DNA of 64,000 bases, from the NCBI GenBank assembly GCA_039096225.1, contig JBBPEB010000014.1, positions 930,001-994,000 of the forward strand, in the 5' to 3' direction. Positions 25,091 to 40,135 of the stretch are shown here, one piece after another (positions within the stretch are counted from its first letter, which is position 1; every line of letters begins with the position of its first letter). The position numbers and the translations under genes are program-made. The notes beneath the pieces were generated by a model that had not been told where the DNA came from, made no database searches, and saw nothing but the letters and a program-made list of their open reading frames with translations. The stretch comes from Blastocystis sp. Blastoise (taxonomy: Eukaryota > Protista > Bigyra: Opalinata).

Positions 25091-25595
25091 TACATATTGT
25101 TTTGTTCTTATTATGTTCGATACTCATGAATCAAATAATATATATGATGTGCAGTTATTATGCATATTATCTGAAATTACTATTATATCAAATAAAAATA
25201 AAATTAGTTAATAATTGATGAATAAAGGGGTATCTCGTGTTTTTATATATAGGAACCAAAATAATGCATTCAAAATGATACTTAGTCTATATATTCTAAA
25301 CAAGAGAGTTTGATTAAATAGAGTTTTGGTGATGGGGATGTTTCTAAACAACAAAACACTAAAGGCCATAAAAATAAGACTAATTAAAAATATGTTTTAT
25401 GACTATAACTACACAACTGACTTATAAGCAAACAATATAATAGAAAAGTTCTTTTAAAACGAGAAAAATGAAACTAGTGTTAAAGAAAACGAAATAATCA
25501 GAAATATCCTTCTTCTTTAAAAAGTTTATTTATTTCTTTATTAAATCATAAAGAATTGTAATATTTATTTAATTATATATTTTATATATTAGTGA

Positions 25596-28500
25596 ATGAT
25601 GAATTCGAATGAATTTGATGCGGATGATAAAGAAGAGGGTGAACTCAGTGATGATATTCCCCTTTCTGAACTTCCTGTAGCTGATATGATTCTTTCAAAT
25701 AAAGAAATTGAGGATAAACCTACTGTGAGTGAACAAACACCAAAAAATCAATATGTTTATCATCGTGATGACTCAAATTCAAAATCTAAATCCGATTATG
25801 AAGATAAAAATATAAAAGGTTCAGAAACCAAGTCAAAATCACAACATTCTATATACAAGTAATTTTTTAGTGTTATATAGGATCTAATTCATTATTCTAT
25901 TATCTAAATAGATATGAGGAGTCAAAGAGTTATTCTTCTAGAAATAATCATGCCAAATCGTCTTCAACTCGTCATAAATCATATCGTCATAGTCATCATC
26001 GTCGTAGTAAAGATAGTTATTCCTCTTCAAGTAGTGATGATGATCAATCGAGTTATGAAAAATATAAACAAAGAATGTTAGAAGAACTAAAAAGTGGAGA
26101 TAAAACATTATTAGAAGAAATATCGAAAGTTGTAAGTAATTATATTTAGGAATTGTTATAGTTTAATATTATGTATACTATAAATATAATTTATTTTTAT
26201 TTAATTATAGATTAAACCGAAATCAGAATCGAAAGAGAATGAAAATGAGTTATTAGTATATCTATATAATATTCTAATATATATATTTTTTATTCTTATA
26301 TTAGGATACTATAACTGTTGAGAATAAGGAATCCTCAATAGAAATTGAAAAATCAGATCAAAATGATGAAGTGAATTCAATAACATTTGATTCTAAACGT
26401 ATACAGGATTATTATTTTTATTAATGATTATTTTTATATTTATTATTATAGATATTTTTATATTTATTATTATATTTATTATTATATTTATTATTATACT
26501 TATTATTCCTTATTATTATACTTATTATTATTCTTACTGTTATTATTATAGATCCTTCTGTAGAGACAAAACCTACTGCTATTCCTGATGGATTCCGATT
26601 TGAAGAAGATGAAGATAATATTCACGGGAATCCAGCGATTATTGAGCCAATGGATATGCAAATAGCAGATTCTAATGAATCTACTCAAAATTCTTTATCT
26701 ATAAATGCAACAAATAATTCAAATGAAGAAACTATGAATTCAAACAATACATCAAATCTTATTGCCGTTCATTTATCTCAACCAATCAAATTGATGTCAA
26801 AACAGTATATATTTTCAAACTAATAATTTATTTTTTTTTTCTAAATAATTTAAAATTCTTGTTTATATATGTATATAATATAAAACATATAAAATATTAT
26901 TGCTAATATTATTATATAGAAATATTGCTGTCACCTCTCCGTTATCTTTATTCCAAAAGTATTTATATTTTATTTATATTTATTCATTTAATATATATTT
27001 ATAGAGATAAATCAAGTCAAAAAACGTATATATTTGTATTTAAATTATTATTATATATATATATAGTTCTTTATCAAAAAGTCGTTCTTCCAGTCGGTAT
27101 AAATTATTATATATTATATATTATTATACATTATTATATGTTCTTATTTATATATTTTTTTACTTTTTTCTTATCTATTTTTTATCTATTTTTTCTTGTA
27201 GTTCTCATTCCCGTGATTCTCGCAGCCTTTCCCGTGATAATTCATATTTAAACCGTGATTCTCATCATAGACATCATTCTCATCATGACGCTCACAGTAG
27301 TACGCGACGTTATAGAAATGATCCTCGTGACGACAGTCATCGTCACTATCGCAGGAAATACCGCAGTAGAAGCAGAGACAATTATTCTTATAGACACAAG
27401 GAAAGAAGCAATTCCCGCGATTCTTCTCGTAGTCATTCTAGATCCTTAAAGGAAAAAGAGGTCTATAATTTTGAAGAGAAAGAAAAGGATAAAAAGGAAG
27501 AAACACCTGTATCTAAAGAAACTGAAGTATATATTATATAGTATACTATTAATTATTATTTTTTATTCATTTTTTTTTATTCATATTTATATTATCAAAA
27601 TATATATGAAATCATACAATAATAATAATATAATTATATATTCAGGTGATTCCAGAACCTCCAGATATTCATAAACAGGCACGTGAGGCTGTTTTACTGG
27701 CACGTGAACGAGCTCGTCAAATCAAGATACGACGAGGTATTCTTATTGAAACGATCATTAATCCAGTGACAAATACTTCGTCAGAACCTACTACCGAAAC
27801 ACAATTAAACACAATTGATACAGTCCATTCAGAAGTAGCTACTACTTCAACTAATACTTCTCTTCCTCAAACAACTACTATAACAACAATAAATGAAAAT
27901 ACAAATAATTCTTCAAATGATATAATATCTTCTGACAAACAAACAACTGAAACACAAACTATATCGGATATATCAAAACAAGTAAAGAACGATATTATTG
28001 GAGATAGTCACGTGTATAGTGTAACCAACCTCAACGCACCAATCACTATTATTCAACCAAGTATTGTCACTACTTTTTAAAGAAATATTTCTATTTTTTT
28101 TATTATTTCTATCTATTTTTATTCTATGTCTTAATATATTCTCTTTTCTATTTATATATATATATAATTATATATATATATTTAATACTCTATGTTATAT
28201 TATCTTCTCTATATATAGAAATAGATTCTGAACCTTCTTCGCCTGTTATGGGTCTAAAGGAATCGAGTAATATCATTGGAGAATCTACTATAGATGATAA
28301 TAGTATTCCAGGAGAAGAATCTGAAACTATTTCTGTCCCTCTCCCGCCAACTATGATCCAACAGAATACTATTCCACCTGCAAATACATATACTTACCCT
28401 CAAAACTGGTACCCGTATATATATACATATACTATATATACTATATCTTATTATTATTCTACTCTTTTTCAAGTATATTGAATCCCATTATATCTTGGAT

Positions 28501-28704
28501 TTATCTATAGTCTAGTCATTCACATATATATAAACTTTTTCTTTCATTATTACTCTTCTCTCTCTAGGTATATGAATTATTCAACAATGATGCCTACTAC
28601 AACTACTGCTACCTTACCATCGATTCCCGCGGTTATGGCTCCTCAAGGAAGTCTGGATGCTATCAAACAATCAGCAGCCAAAGTGAGCAAAGAAGCTGCT
28701 GAAG

Positions 28705-28768
<64 letters not shown>

Positions 28769-29071
28769 TTATATTTATTATTATTATTATCATATTTAAT
28801 TAAATATATTATTTTATTGTTTTTGTTTTTTTTTTAATTAAGAAACTTTCTATGTATATATAATTTATATCTATCTAGCTGGGCTTAAGTTCTTCTTCTG
28901 CTTCTACTGCTGCTCCTATTGGCTATCCTGCTACACCATCTGCTTATTATGGAGCTTATAACTACCCTTCTTCCTATCCTTATTATTAGTATATATATAT
29001 ATATATTAAAAACCTCTTATGCAAATATAATATATAGTGGTATGCCACCTTCAATGCCTCCAGGAAATTAA
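25596..29071 (+). CDS. Low-complexity RS/RD-rich protein, possibly RNA-processing related (many small exons)
   Basis: EEGELSDD near the N-terminus, an S/R/H/D-rich exon (27202-27527), AREAVLLARERARQIK, P/Y-rich C-terminus ending GMPPSMPPGN*. No family recognised. Confidence 0.6.
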
Positions 29072-29689
29072 TTATAATCATGACTATATGCTATTTTCGA
29101 TTATTTGTATATATAGATGTATATAAACTCTTTGCTTCATTGTTTATTATGTTTTATATATTATAACAATGGCTTTTTTTTCTTTTGTTTGTACTATTTG
29201 TTTTGTTTCTATAGTATTATTGCGATTTTTATCATAGATAGTATCTATAAAGTTTTTTAAATAGATAAAATCTCAATTTATTATATAACCATTATTTTTT
29301 ATTTAAGTATGTTTGATTGAATGAGTTTATAACAAGCTAATTTTATTAATGGCTTCATAACAATGATAGGAATATTTGTCACAGGATTAAAAATGAATTT
29401 CAATAAACAACAAACACATAATTCTATTATTATTCAATTAATAAAAAACAAAAATTGCAAAAAAATATATTTATAAAACAAAATTAATAACAAATAATAA
29501 TAGAAATATATATTTATATACCACTGCAGACATACATACTTATATATATTTTTGTAAATCACAATATAAAAAAATAAAGTTAACCCAATAATATTAAATC
29601 TCACATAAAATATTAATAATTGAGAATGAGAAAGTTGTGATTACAAAAACAATTTACTCTCAAAAAAATATATAATTATTAACCATACA

Positions 29690-31585
29690 CTATTCTTTTT
29701 CTAGAAATATATATATATAAATATATTAATATAATATAAAAAGTATACTTTTTCTTTTTGAGCATATTAAAGTTGAAGTGTTATCCACATAATTCTCATT
29801 CTGTTCTTGATCTATAACAGATATTTGTAAATTATATATATCATCGTGTGTTTCTAAAATAGAATGAATCGGAGAATTCATTGAATCAGAATTGACTTTA
29901 GTTCTTGTTACTAATGTATCCATAATTAATGGATTATTATTATTATTATTATTATATATAGTTGAGTGAGTATTGTTATTATTATTATTATTGTTATTAT
30001 TATTATCTGAGATATTATTCTCATTATTATTATTATTATTATTACTCGTCATAATAGTAGAAGATGTTTGTATTGCATTCATTATAGAATGATCTTTTAT
30101 ATTAATATCTTTACAAATATTTATTTCTATTTCCTTATTCGACTGATTATTTTGTTTCATTATATCTATATATTGAATAATATTCTTAATCATTTTTATA
30201 TATTGTTCATCACAAGTACCCTGATATTGTTTACTTTGCAATAACCGTGAGAAAAAAGGAACTAAAGAATCATACCAAGGAAGAGGAGCTGAAGGATCAA
30301 AAAGACTCTGAATGTAGGGGACCGGACAATTTGTTTTTGTTATGGATGGTAAAGAAGAGGAACTATATAATAATATAATAATATATTATTTGTTCATTAC
30401 AGGAAAAGATAATCATAAAATTATTAAATGAATATTTAAAGAATAGTAATATATATATATATATATACTGTACAAAGTATTGTCTCATATCTATATAATT
30501 ATTATCAGAAATATCATCAGTGAATGTAGAGAGTGGTTCTGCTAATATTCCCATGGGAAATCTGGTATTATCTTCAAGAGAAGTAGATGAATTCACTGAT
30601 AACGAATTAATAGCCAATAATTTTTTAATGTATTTTATTTGGATAGCATGATAAGCTTTCTGTAAATTATTTAAAATACATTCTTGAGTTACTGTTGGTT
30701 GGAAATCTATTTATATATATATAAGATACATATAAAAAAAAGTTCTTAGGATGCTAATAATAATAATAACAATATATATATATATTTCATAATAATAATA
30801 ATAATAATAATATATATAAAATTACCACGGAATTCTATATATTTCAGTTTGGGAAACACTCCTTCTCGAATTCGTTTATTGAGTAATAGAATAATATTCT
30901 CAGACAGAAATGGATTAGAAGGAGGAACTATATATATATATATATATATATATTATGATATAGATTTACGTGGAAAAACAATTTCATGAATATAGGGTAA
31001 GCAATGGTGTTCCATCTCTTGGAATACTGTTTCAAGAATAGAGACAGTTAAGTGAGTATCATTGAATACTATATAACAATCGTATATAATATAATAACAT
31101 ATTTTTCAATAAGCATTATATATATATATATAATAAATACAAAAGAATTCTAGTTTTGGTGGACACATTGTTTGTTGATTATAAATACATTGAAAGAATA
31201 AAGGAAGCTGCGAGAACGAGCAATCACAACTATTTACTAGAGAACAAAGAGAATAATAATATCCTATTATTAGATATAAAAAAAAAAGAATAAAAAAACA
31301 AGTTTATGATAGTATAATAATATATACAATCATTATTAAAATGGTGTAGAGTGAATTGATTGAACGCGCCCCTAGAAATGGCGCCAATGAGATGATTTTG
31401 GTGGCACTTCTGGAAATATTGATCTATATAAATAATGACCAAAGTAGTATATATTCTCTTTATATATATACGTATTATTGAGAATATATACCTGCATATA
31501 TAAATGTTTTTAAATGAATAAAATCTCCTGCAGTTAATTGATCGAGAAACGCAAGTATAGAAGACCAATAGGACTTTATAGATAC

Positions 31586-31621
<36 letters not shown>

Positions 31622-31677
31622 CATATAACTGTTTGAATAGGTATATCACCATGAGCGGCAATTGATATATTATCATG

Positions 31678-31720
<43 letters not shown>

Positions 31721-32676
31721 ATATATATACTTGATATATCAAGATTTAATAATCGCGGGAATGCACCTCTTCTACAAGCATATAAGAATTCTAGTAGTCC
31801 AGCTAATCCTAAACAATTACCTATATATTATGTTCTTTGTTTATGAACAGTTGAATACATTTAAATATAAAAATAAATTAAATAAATATAAATTAAAATA
31901 AATAAATAAAAATTTAAATAAATAATAATAAAAATAAATAAATAAAAAGAACAATAAATAAAAATAACAATAAATAAAAATATATAAATAAAAGTATAAA
32001 TAAAAAAAACATCTACCATCTAATGATAATGTTGTGACGTTAGCGAAATCCCCCTTTTTGAGGGTTTTAAATGCTTCTGCATAATGATTGGATTGAATAT
32101 TTTCGTTGACTGAAAGAGAGAAATAATATTTAGTGATAATATAATTATATACATAATTTATATTTATTACTTATATAGATAATTATATATAATATATATA
32201 TATGTACACATAAAAATAAGAGTTTCTAAATCCTTCATACCAGTAGCAATAGCAGCTAATAACCGTGGGAATAATTCAGATGGAAATGTAGATCCTATTA
32301 TTTATATATTAAAGAATTATAATAGATATATATATGTATACCTTTAAGTAAATATTGTTTTACATGTATAAATGCATTTCGTTGAATAGCTTTAATATAT
32401 GCATTCCATACTGCAGGAGTAAATATATTAACTATATATATATAGCATAGATGACTCATAAATAATATTAATATAATAACTATAATATATATATATACAC
32501 TTCATAATAAACTGTATATTTTTCATGTCTCCCTCGTGTAAAGAATTAAATATAACTATATACTCCTCTTCTGTCAAAGGTACTATATATATTATATTTT
32601 ATATATTATATATATTATATATTTACAGAAAAAGTTAATAATTGTTTCATCTTCCATTTGTACGTTATATGAATCA

Positions 32677-32714
<38 letters not shown>

Positions 32715-32817
32715 CCAATTATTTCAAAGTCTTCTAATAAAGGGAATACATTTTGTTTAATTGATTGAAGAATTATTAAAACACTTTCCAAAGTAATCTG
32801 AGTTACTATACAGGAAG

Positions 32818-32854
<37 letters not shown>

Positions 32855-33288
32855 TATAGATATATATACATCCAGTAAGAATAAGTGTTTTAATTGAAGG
32901 GAATTGATTTGGTTTAAAACGAGAGAAAACAGAAATAATACTTTCTGGAGTAATATCATAAGAACCTATATATATAGAATAATTAAAAAGAAAAACAAAT
33001 ATAATAAATATAATAAATATAATAAATATAATAAATATAATAAATAAAAGAAATGAACATAATAAATAAATATATACATCCAATAAGAAGGAATTCAAGA
33101 GAAATAGATGAAGATTCAGCCATTTTAAAGAAGGTCTTAAAACCGTTGTCAGACATACCTAATATTAACGAATAGTAACAATAAGCCATAATATTATTAT
33201 ATGTATATACCGCATATAGTCATTTTCTTAAGAGAAGGAAGTGTATTATTATTAAACCATTGAGTGGATTCTATGGATGTATCTATAT

Positions 33289-33329
<41 letters not shown>

Positions 33330-33923
33330 TATATATATATACTCCATATCATGCATAATGATTGAGTAGTCGTATAAAACCCTTCGCAAATAAGCTTAAT
33401 AATCGCGGGGAGAAGTGAATTAGGTATCATTTCCGCTATATAATGAATAAAAATATTCATATATATACAAAAAATAGTGTGTAAGAAAAAGTCTTTGATT
33501 TAGTTATGAAATGAATGATAGATATATATTAATTAAGAAGAATATTATTATATATATATACATGTAGAATCGATATGTTTAAGATGAGTAAATTCATGAT
33601 CACAGGCCATAGCGTCTAATATACGATTGCAATCAAATGTAGAATATCCTATATATATATATAGGATATAATTGTTGTGAGGATAGACAGTGTTTATATA
33701 TATATATATATATATATATGTATACTATTACAGTGAATAGTTTCTAGTTGATAAAGTACATTGTTTGCAGTAATAAATTGATTAATATGAAATAGAGGAG
33801 GAGGAGGAGCAGGAGTAAATGCAGGATCATCTAAATAATAATAATAATAATAATAATAATAAAGATAATAATAATAAAGATAATAATAATAATAATAATA
33901 AATATAATAAAAATATAAAATAC

Positions 33924-33963
<40 letters not shown>

Positions 33964-34351
33964 TTTGTTAATAATAATAATATACCTTGAGGAACAAGGT
34001 CGCATGCTATATCTATATCAATAAGAGAAGGAAAGTGGTCTGTTGTTAACAACGATAAAAAGAAATAGGATCCTCTTAATGCATCAATTTTACTCTGTAT
34101 ACCAACTATATACATATATAATAATAATAAGAATTATAATAATAATAATATACATGTATTTCTGAAACTAATGGATCGAATAGTATTAAAAGTAGTTGAA
34201 TAAAATAATATAGCAAGACAGAAGCATAGATCATTTACATTATAATTATTTTCTAATACTAAAGAGTCTACTGTATAATTACCATCAACAAGAAATTGAA
34301 AACGTTTCGCATTTGAATATGTGAATATATCCATCGTATCAATCTCAATAA

Positions 34352-34389
<38 letters not shown>

Positions 34390-35888
34390 CTAAATAAATA
34401 TATATATATACGATCATTAAAATAGAATGTTTTAATATTTTTAAAATAGTGTATTCGATAGAGAGAAATTAAGTAGATTCGTACAGGAATAGGAATACTA
34501 TGTGCAACTATATAGATAATAAATATATTATATATAATATATATACGTAGAAATTGAATTCCTTCTAATAAAAGACATGCTGGATTGGTTAAAATACTTT
34601 GAAAAATAGGAAATGAATTCATATCTCTTATTTTTAATTCTGATATATAAAAATATTGTTGAGAATCTTCTATATAATTGAATATTAATATTATTATATA
34701 TATATACGAGAAACACTGTTATTCTGTTTATATATAAGCCAAATGTTACATTCAAGCCATAATTTTAATTTATAAGTATATCGATCTATATATATATATA
34801 TTATCTGTTATAATATTAGCAGTAATGAATAACATATATAAATGATATATAATATATATATGTACAACAAATGAAATAATTATAGCAATCTTTGAATAAA
34901 TAAGGAATATTTAATGATAATGTATCATCAACATTTTTTTGTGAATAACAAAAACCTATATATATATAAATAAATAGTAAAGTCAATAGAGTATATGATA
35001 TTCATATAGTATTTAGCAAATAGAAGAATATATATATATATAATAAATACAGTTAAATCCTACAAATGTAACTTTAAATAATTTAAATATATCTTTGATT
35101 TCTATAAAGGAAGATATAGTATTATGTTCATTGAAATCTATATATAGAAATATTTATAACATAGAAAAAAAATTATATATTCGCAATAACTATAATCAAT
35201 TAGTTTTGAATATATGATAATAATAACTATTATTATATAATAATAAACAAAAAAAGAATAAATATAATAAGAATAATAAACATAACATAACAATAACAAA
35301 CATATAATATACTAAGAAAAGTGAACGAATAGTGTTTATCTAGGGTTAATTGCGATTCATTCACAATAGGTAAAAAAGTTTGTCCGTCATATTTCGCAAA
35401 ATAATAAAATTCAATATCTTCTGTTTTAGAGACTAAAATGTATAATTCATTTTGAGATTTATTCAAGTATGACAATAATTTTGCTTTTAAATAATTTAAT
35501 ATGGTATCTTGAATAGGAGATTGGGGTATTCCGAGATATAAAGGTATGCATAAATAGATTTCAACTAGTTCTGATACGGAGAAAGTATCTATTAAAGAAG
35601 GCTCATTTAATACAGAATAGACATTCTTCACAGACTCACTAGAAAAATCAATATATGGCAATTCACCTTCATCAAACTGATATTTGTTTTCATAGGATTT
35701 CATAAATACACAATCTGGATATTTCTGTAGAAATGACAATGGAATAGGAAACATAACTTCATCCTGAAACCGGAATTCTACTATAAAGACATGAATATGC
35801 AGATATTATATGTGATTTATTCATTGATTGAATTATTAGGTTTCTCATTTATTTATATATAATAGATACCTGTATTTTGATTATCCAT
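29690..35888 (-). CDS. BTB-like N-terminal domain plus long LRR-like array, Asn-rich tail (multi-exon)
   Basis: MDNQNT|VEFRFQDEVMFPIPLSFLQKYPDCVF...PYIDF; many short phase-1 exons ending in motifs such as FPSIKTLILTG and LPSLKKMTIC. 3' end approximate. Confidence 0.7.
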
Positions 35889-37025
35889 TTCATTCACTAA
35901 TTTGTAATAGTAATTATTTTCTAATTCTGAGATGACCTATGATTTAAAGTTATATCAGTATCTTAAAACTCAATTGAAAATGAAAAAATTAATGCTAGCT
36001 AAGTTTATATAGGATTCTAAAAACACTAAACTAGAAAAACAATAATTCAGACTTTTCACAAATTAATTATTTTGTTGTTTTTGTTATATTTAGATGCTAT
36101 TTGATTATTTGTATATTTCTTTCTTATTCTAAATAGAGTCAAGAGAAGAACTATATATAATATATGTAAATATAAATAGGAGATGGTAGAATGTTTTTTA
36201 TATGTTGAAGTATGTTGATAACTTTATTATTTATTCTACAATAAATCAGTTGATGCATATATGGGTATGAAGAATTATTGACTATATTGATACAATTATA
36301 TTGATTTGGTCATAAAACATATCTATAATTCATTTATTTTTATGTCAATACACTTCTATAATATTGATAATAGCACAAGTTTATTGTATACATTTAATAA
36401 CAGGTTCAAAAACATTAATACAAGTAATTCTATTTCAGCGCAATCAAGAAAAGAAAAGTGATATGTGTTGTTCAAAACAAGTTCAGGTTCTCTATTTGTA
36501 AAGATATATTTATTAAAAATGTGAATACTATGAATAGAAAATGAAAATAATTTTTATTTGAAACATAGAATATTTCATGTTTGAGTAGAACAACTTGATA
36601 AGATTGTAATGAGTTAGATAAACAGAGAATTTCAATAAATTTGAATAACAAATCTAAAGAAAACTTCTGGGCCTTAAGTACAGCATCGTTAGATATGATG
36701 AATGAAACTAATAATGTGCAAGATGACAATAGTATTAATTAAATATCAAATGGAAATGACACAATTGTCTCTTCGTTAATATAAAAAGTTACCCTAGTTT
36801 CTTGTTAACGAAAACGAGAACCCATTGAAAACGAATATATCTTGAAGATTCTGTATTTTGATTTGCGCACGAAAAAAATAATCCAATAATATACTTAGAA
36901 TTAACTTGTTCATTAAAAAAGAGCAAGATGCCACAAAATTGCTATTCTTTAAAAAATAATTAAATCATAGTTTTCTTCATTTAAAGTGTTCATTTGAATA
37001 GTATCTCTTAATATAATCTCTAAAC

Positions 37026-38881
37026 ATGTATTTCTTTATGGATATTATTTTATCATTTGATTAGGTATACAAATCTTGAAGAAGGTCGTTCTACTTCTTC
37101 TCATGCTATGCTTCCTTTACCTCATTCTATTCATACACCCCTTGTGACTCGTACGGAAAGTCATGATCATATTGATACAACTCCAAGAGTGTATATTTAT
37201 TTTGTTTTTCTTTAACTTACATTATTTTTTTCAACTTTAGTTCGTCCTCTTATCGAAGCAATCGTATTATTTATATACTTATTTCTTTTAATTAAAAAAA
37301 TTATATATATAAATAGGGTCTAATAAGAACAGTACAAATTCGAGTCAATTGTATATTTATTATTTTTTTTTTGTCTTATTTCATTTTTATTCATTTAATT
37401 TCTTTATGTATGCATAGGTCTTTGAATGCTACTCCAGAGAATGAGGAAGTATCTTTAGTTATAGATGATAAAGAGAAAGAAATGAATTCTTTAGATATTA
37501 ATAATAATGAAGAATGGGTTTTTGATGATAGTTTTGCAAGAGAAAAATTTAATCATGAATTGTATGTAATCAATAATGATTCTCTAATTAATATATATAT
37601 ATATAGGACAAATAAAGAGGTATATTCAATTCTGTTTCTATCATCATTCTTTGATAGAAAACTATATTATATTTATATTCTGTGAATAATAGTATATTAT
37701 AATCTATAGTTCGCTTTAGAGTTCTTTTATGAGAAACAATACGATTTCTGGGAACAGCATATGTCTATGCCACTTGATCGATATATACTTATAGGATGGC
37801 TATGTGCTAATTTAGTATTTATGTTATTATAAAATAATATTATGATTCTATTATTTTATTAATGTATATATGATTATATTATTTTATTAATGTATATATG
37901 ATTATATTGTTTTATTAAAATTTATATGATTATATTGTTTTATTAATGTTTATATAATTATATTATTTTATTAAAATATATATGATTATATTATTTTATT
38001 AACATATATATAATTATATTATTTGATTAAAAAAATATAATTATTATTCCTATGTATATTATATATAGATTGGTTTTAGCTTAGCGATTTGGCTTGTTTG
38101 CTATCTTTTTGATAATTTTTTCTTTTATATTTTTAATTGTGTATTAGCGATTCGACTATTAAGTATTCTTCTATGCCTCATAGGAGCCATTTTCTTCAAA
38201 ACTATCATTCTTAATATTATATCCTTTATATATTATTATACTTATTATACTAATTTTCTTTATTATACTAATTTTCTTTATTCTGCTCATTAAAGTCTCT
38301 TATTTTATCGTATATATACTATTTTGATATTATTTATGATCAAACACATCCTATTATTATTTCTTAATTACTTTACTGTGATTATTTTATGATAACATTT
38401 CTGGTTATAACTGGTATTATTCCAGGTTTATATGCTTTAGGATGGATTGTTTTATTTCTATTTTCATTACTTTTCTTCTGGATCTATTTAAAATCATGTG
38501 AACAAGGAGAATGCATGTTTTATGATTATTTTAATAGTGAACCTCTTCAAATATGTTTATATTTTTATATTCCACTTATTATTTGTGGAATCATTGAAAT
38601 CTATTTAATTAGAAGAATGAGAATCCATGAAATTCAAAACAAAAAAGGTATATATATATAATTTTTTTTTTAATTCTTCTATTTATTATATATCATTATG
38701 TTAAATAGTATTCAATTATATTTATATATGATCTACTAATTATATTACATACATAGAATACAAAGTATTTATGACTCTTGCTAATTATTTCACTCAATTA
38801 AATATTGCTTATGATCAATATATGAAAGAGTATAAAGAACAAATTAAGAAGAATGCTCTCAGTCCTGTTGAAGAAAACTAA
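37026..38881 (+). CDS. Multi-pass membrane protein of unknown function (multi-exon)
   Basis: In-frame splicing gives a hydrophilic N-terminus, then several TM segments (YILIGWLCANLIGFSLAIWLVCY..., GIIPGLYALGWIVLFLF..., FYIPLIICGII). Includes a 13-nt micro-exon. Confidence 0.7.
38219..38376 (+). other. U12-type AT-AC intron
   Basis: Canonical U12 donor ATATCCTTT, branch-like TTCTTAAT 8 nt before the end, terminal AC. Removal joins KTIILNI|CDYFMITF in frame. Confidence 0.9.
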
Positions 38882-39380
38882 GTATATTTGTTTGAGATAT
38901 ATACTAAACATCAACAACATTTATTATCTCTTCTTTATATATATATATTTCTAGTATATGTTTTCTTATCATATGTGTAATTATGTTTTAAAATAGTTAT
39001 TCTATTCTCTTTCTTTTGTATGAGTATTTATATATATATATATATACAGTTTGCTTTATTAAAATATATTCTTCCTTATTTTTATCAAACCAATAAAAAC
39101 ATATATTTTTTTATATATAAAAATTTATATTGACCCATTATTCTCTTATTGAAATATTCTCTTTCTTCAAATTATGTCCTGATATTATTCTTTTTTATAT
39201 TATCTTCGCTTCAAACATATACTTTTATATTCTTTTACTTATCATATTCATTATTTCTTATCGTGTTACACCATTTATTGTTCATCATTAGCTTCACATT
39301 GATGGTTTCGTTCTTCTTATTTCTGTTTTTCATATAAAAACATTTATTTAAAAAATATTTATTAAAAGAAATAATAAAAA

Positions 39381-39453
39381 TGACTCCGCCGAGGATTGAA
39401 CTCGGGATCTCTCGCGTGTCAGGCGAGCGTGTTTGCCACTGCACTACGGAGTC
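39381..39453 (-). tRNA. tRNA-Val(GAC)
   Basis: Reverse complement GACTCCGTAGTGCAGTGGCAAACACGCTCGCCTGACACGCGAGAGATCCCGAGTTCAATCCTCGGCGGAGTCA; anticodon arm CTCGC-CT-GAC-AC-GCGAG; downstream T run. Confidence 0.92.
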
Positions 39454-40135
39454 TACTGAAATTTTGTTCCTTGTATACATATACTATGATGAAATAATTG
39501 ATACTCATTTCTTTTTTTTTCTTATTTGAACCAAAACGTTTGGTTAAATTGATTTTATTGTAAAACCAATTATTTTAAAATCATAAACAATCTTTTCCGC
39601 ATATATCTTACCACATAAAATATCAAAATAAAGAAAAAACTTTGATCACAATTAAGAGTATATACATATCATAGTAAATATATGTTGTAAATGACACAGA
39701 AAAATTATTTATATCTTAATTATTCTAAAAGGACACCAATTCTGGATTATCCACATCTAGAAATGATAAAGCATGGATATAATATTGATAATCATAAATG
39801 TCAATGATCAAATAACATATTTCAAAAACTAAATAAAGAATTCATGTCAAATATAATGACAACAAAGAAAAAAGAAGAAACAGAATATGTAAATGTATCT
39901 TGGTTTTGATTCATTCTTTTTCCCCTAAAAAAATCCGATTAATTACGGGTCATTTCCTCGTTTGTGTGTTATCATTTCAGTTGCTTTTGACCTTCTATAA
40001 TACCTTAGCTATAAATATATATTTGGTTATAACTATAAATTATTGTTTTTCAAGTCGCTGCTATTGTCTTTGATATATTATTTCTGAATTTCTACCTTGT
40101 TTCTTAATCATTTTCTTCTCTAAGTGTGTTATTAG

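Noticed and set aside
27248-27449. Overlapping ORFs on both strands
   Set aside because: Off-frame and antisense shadows of the RS-rich exon.
36472-36729. 85-aa minus-strand ORF between genes
   Set aside because: Non-ATG start, no recognisable motif or splice structure.
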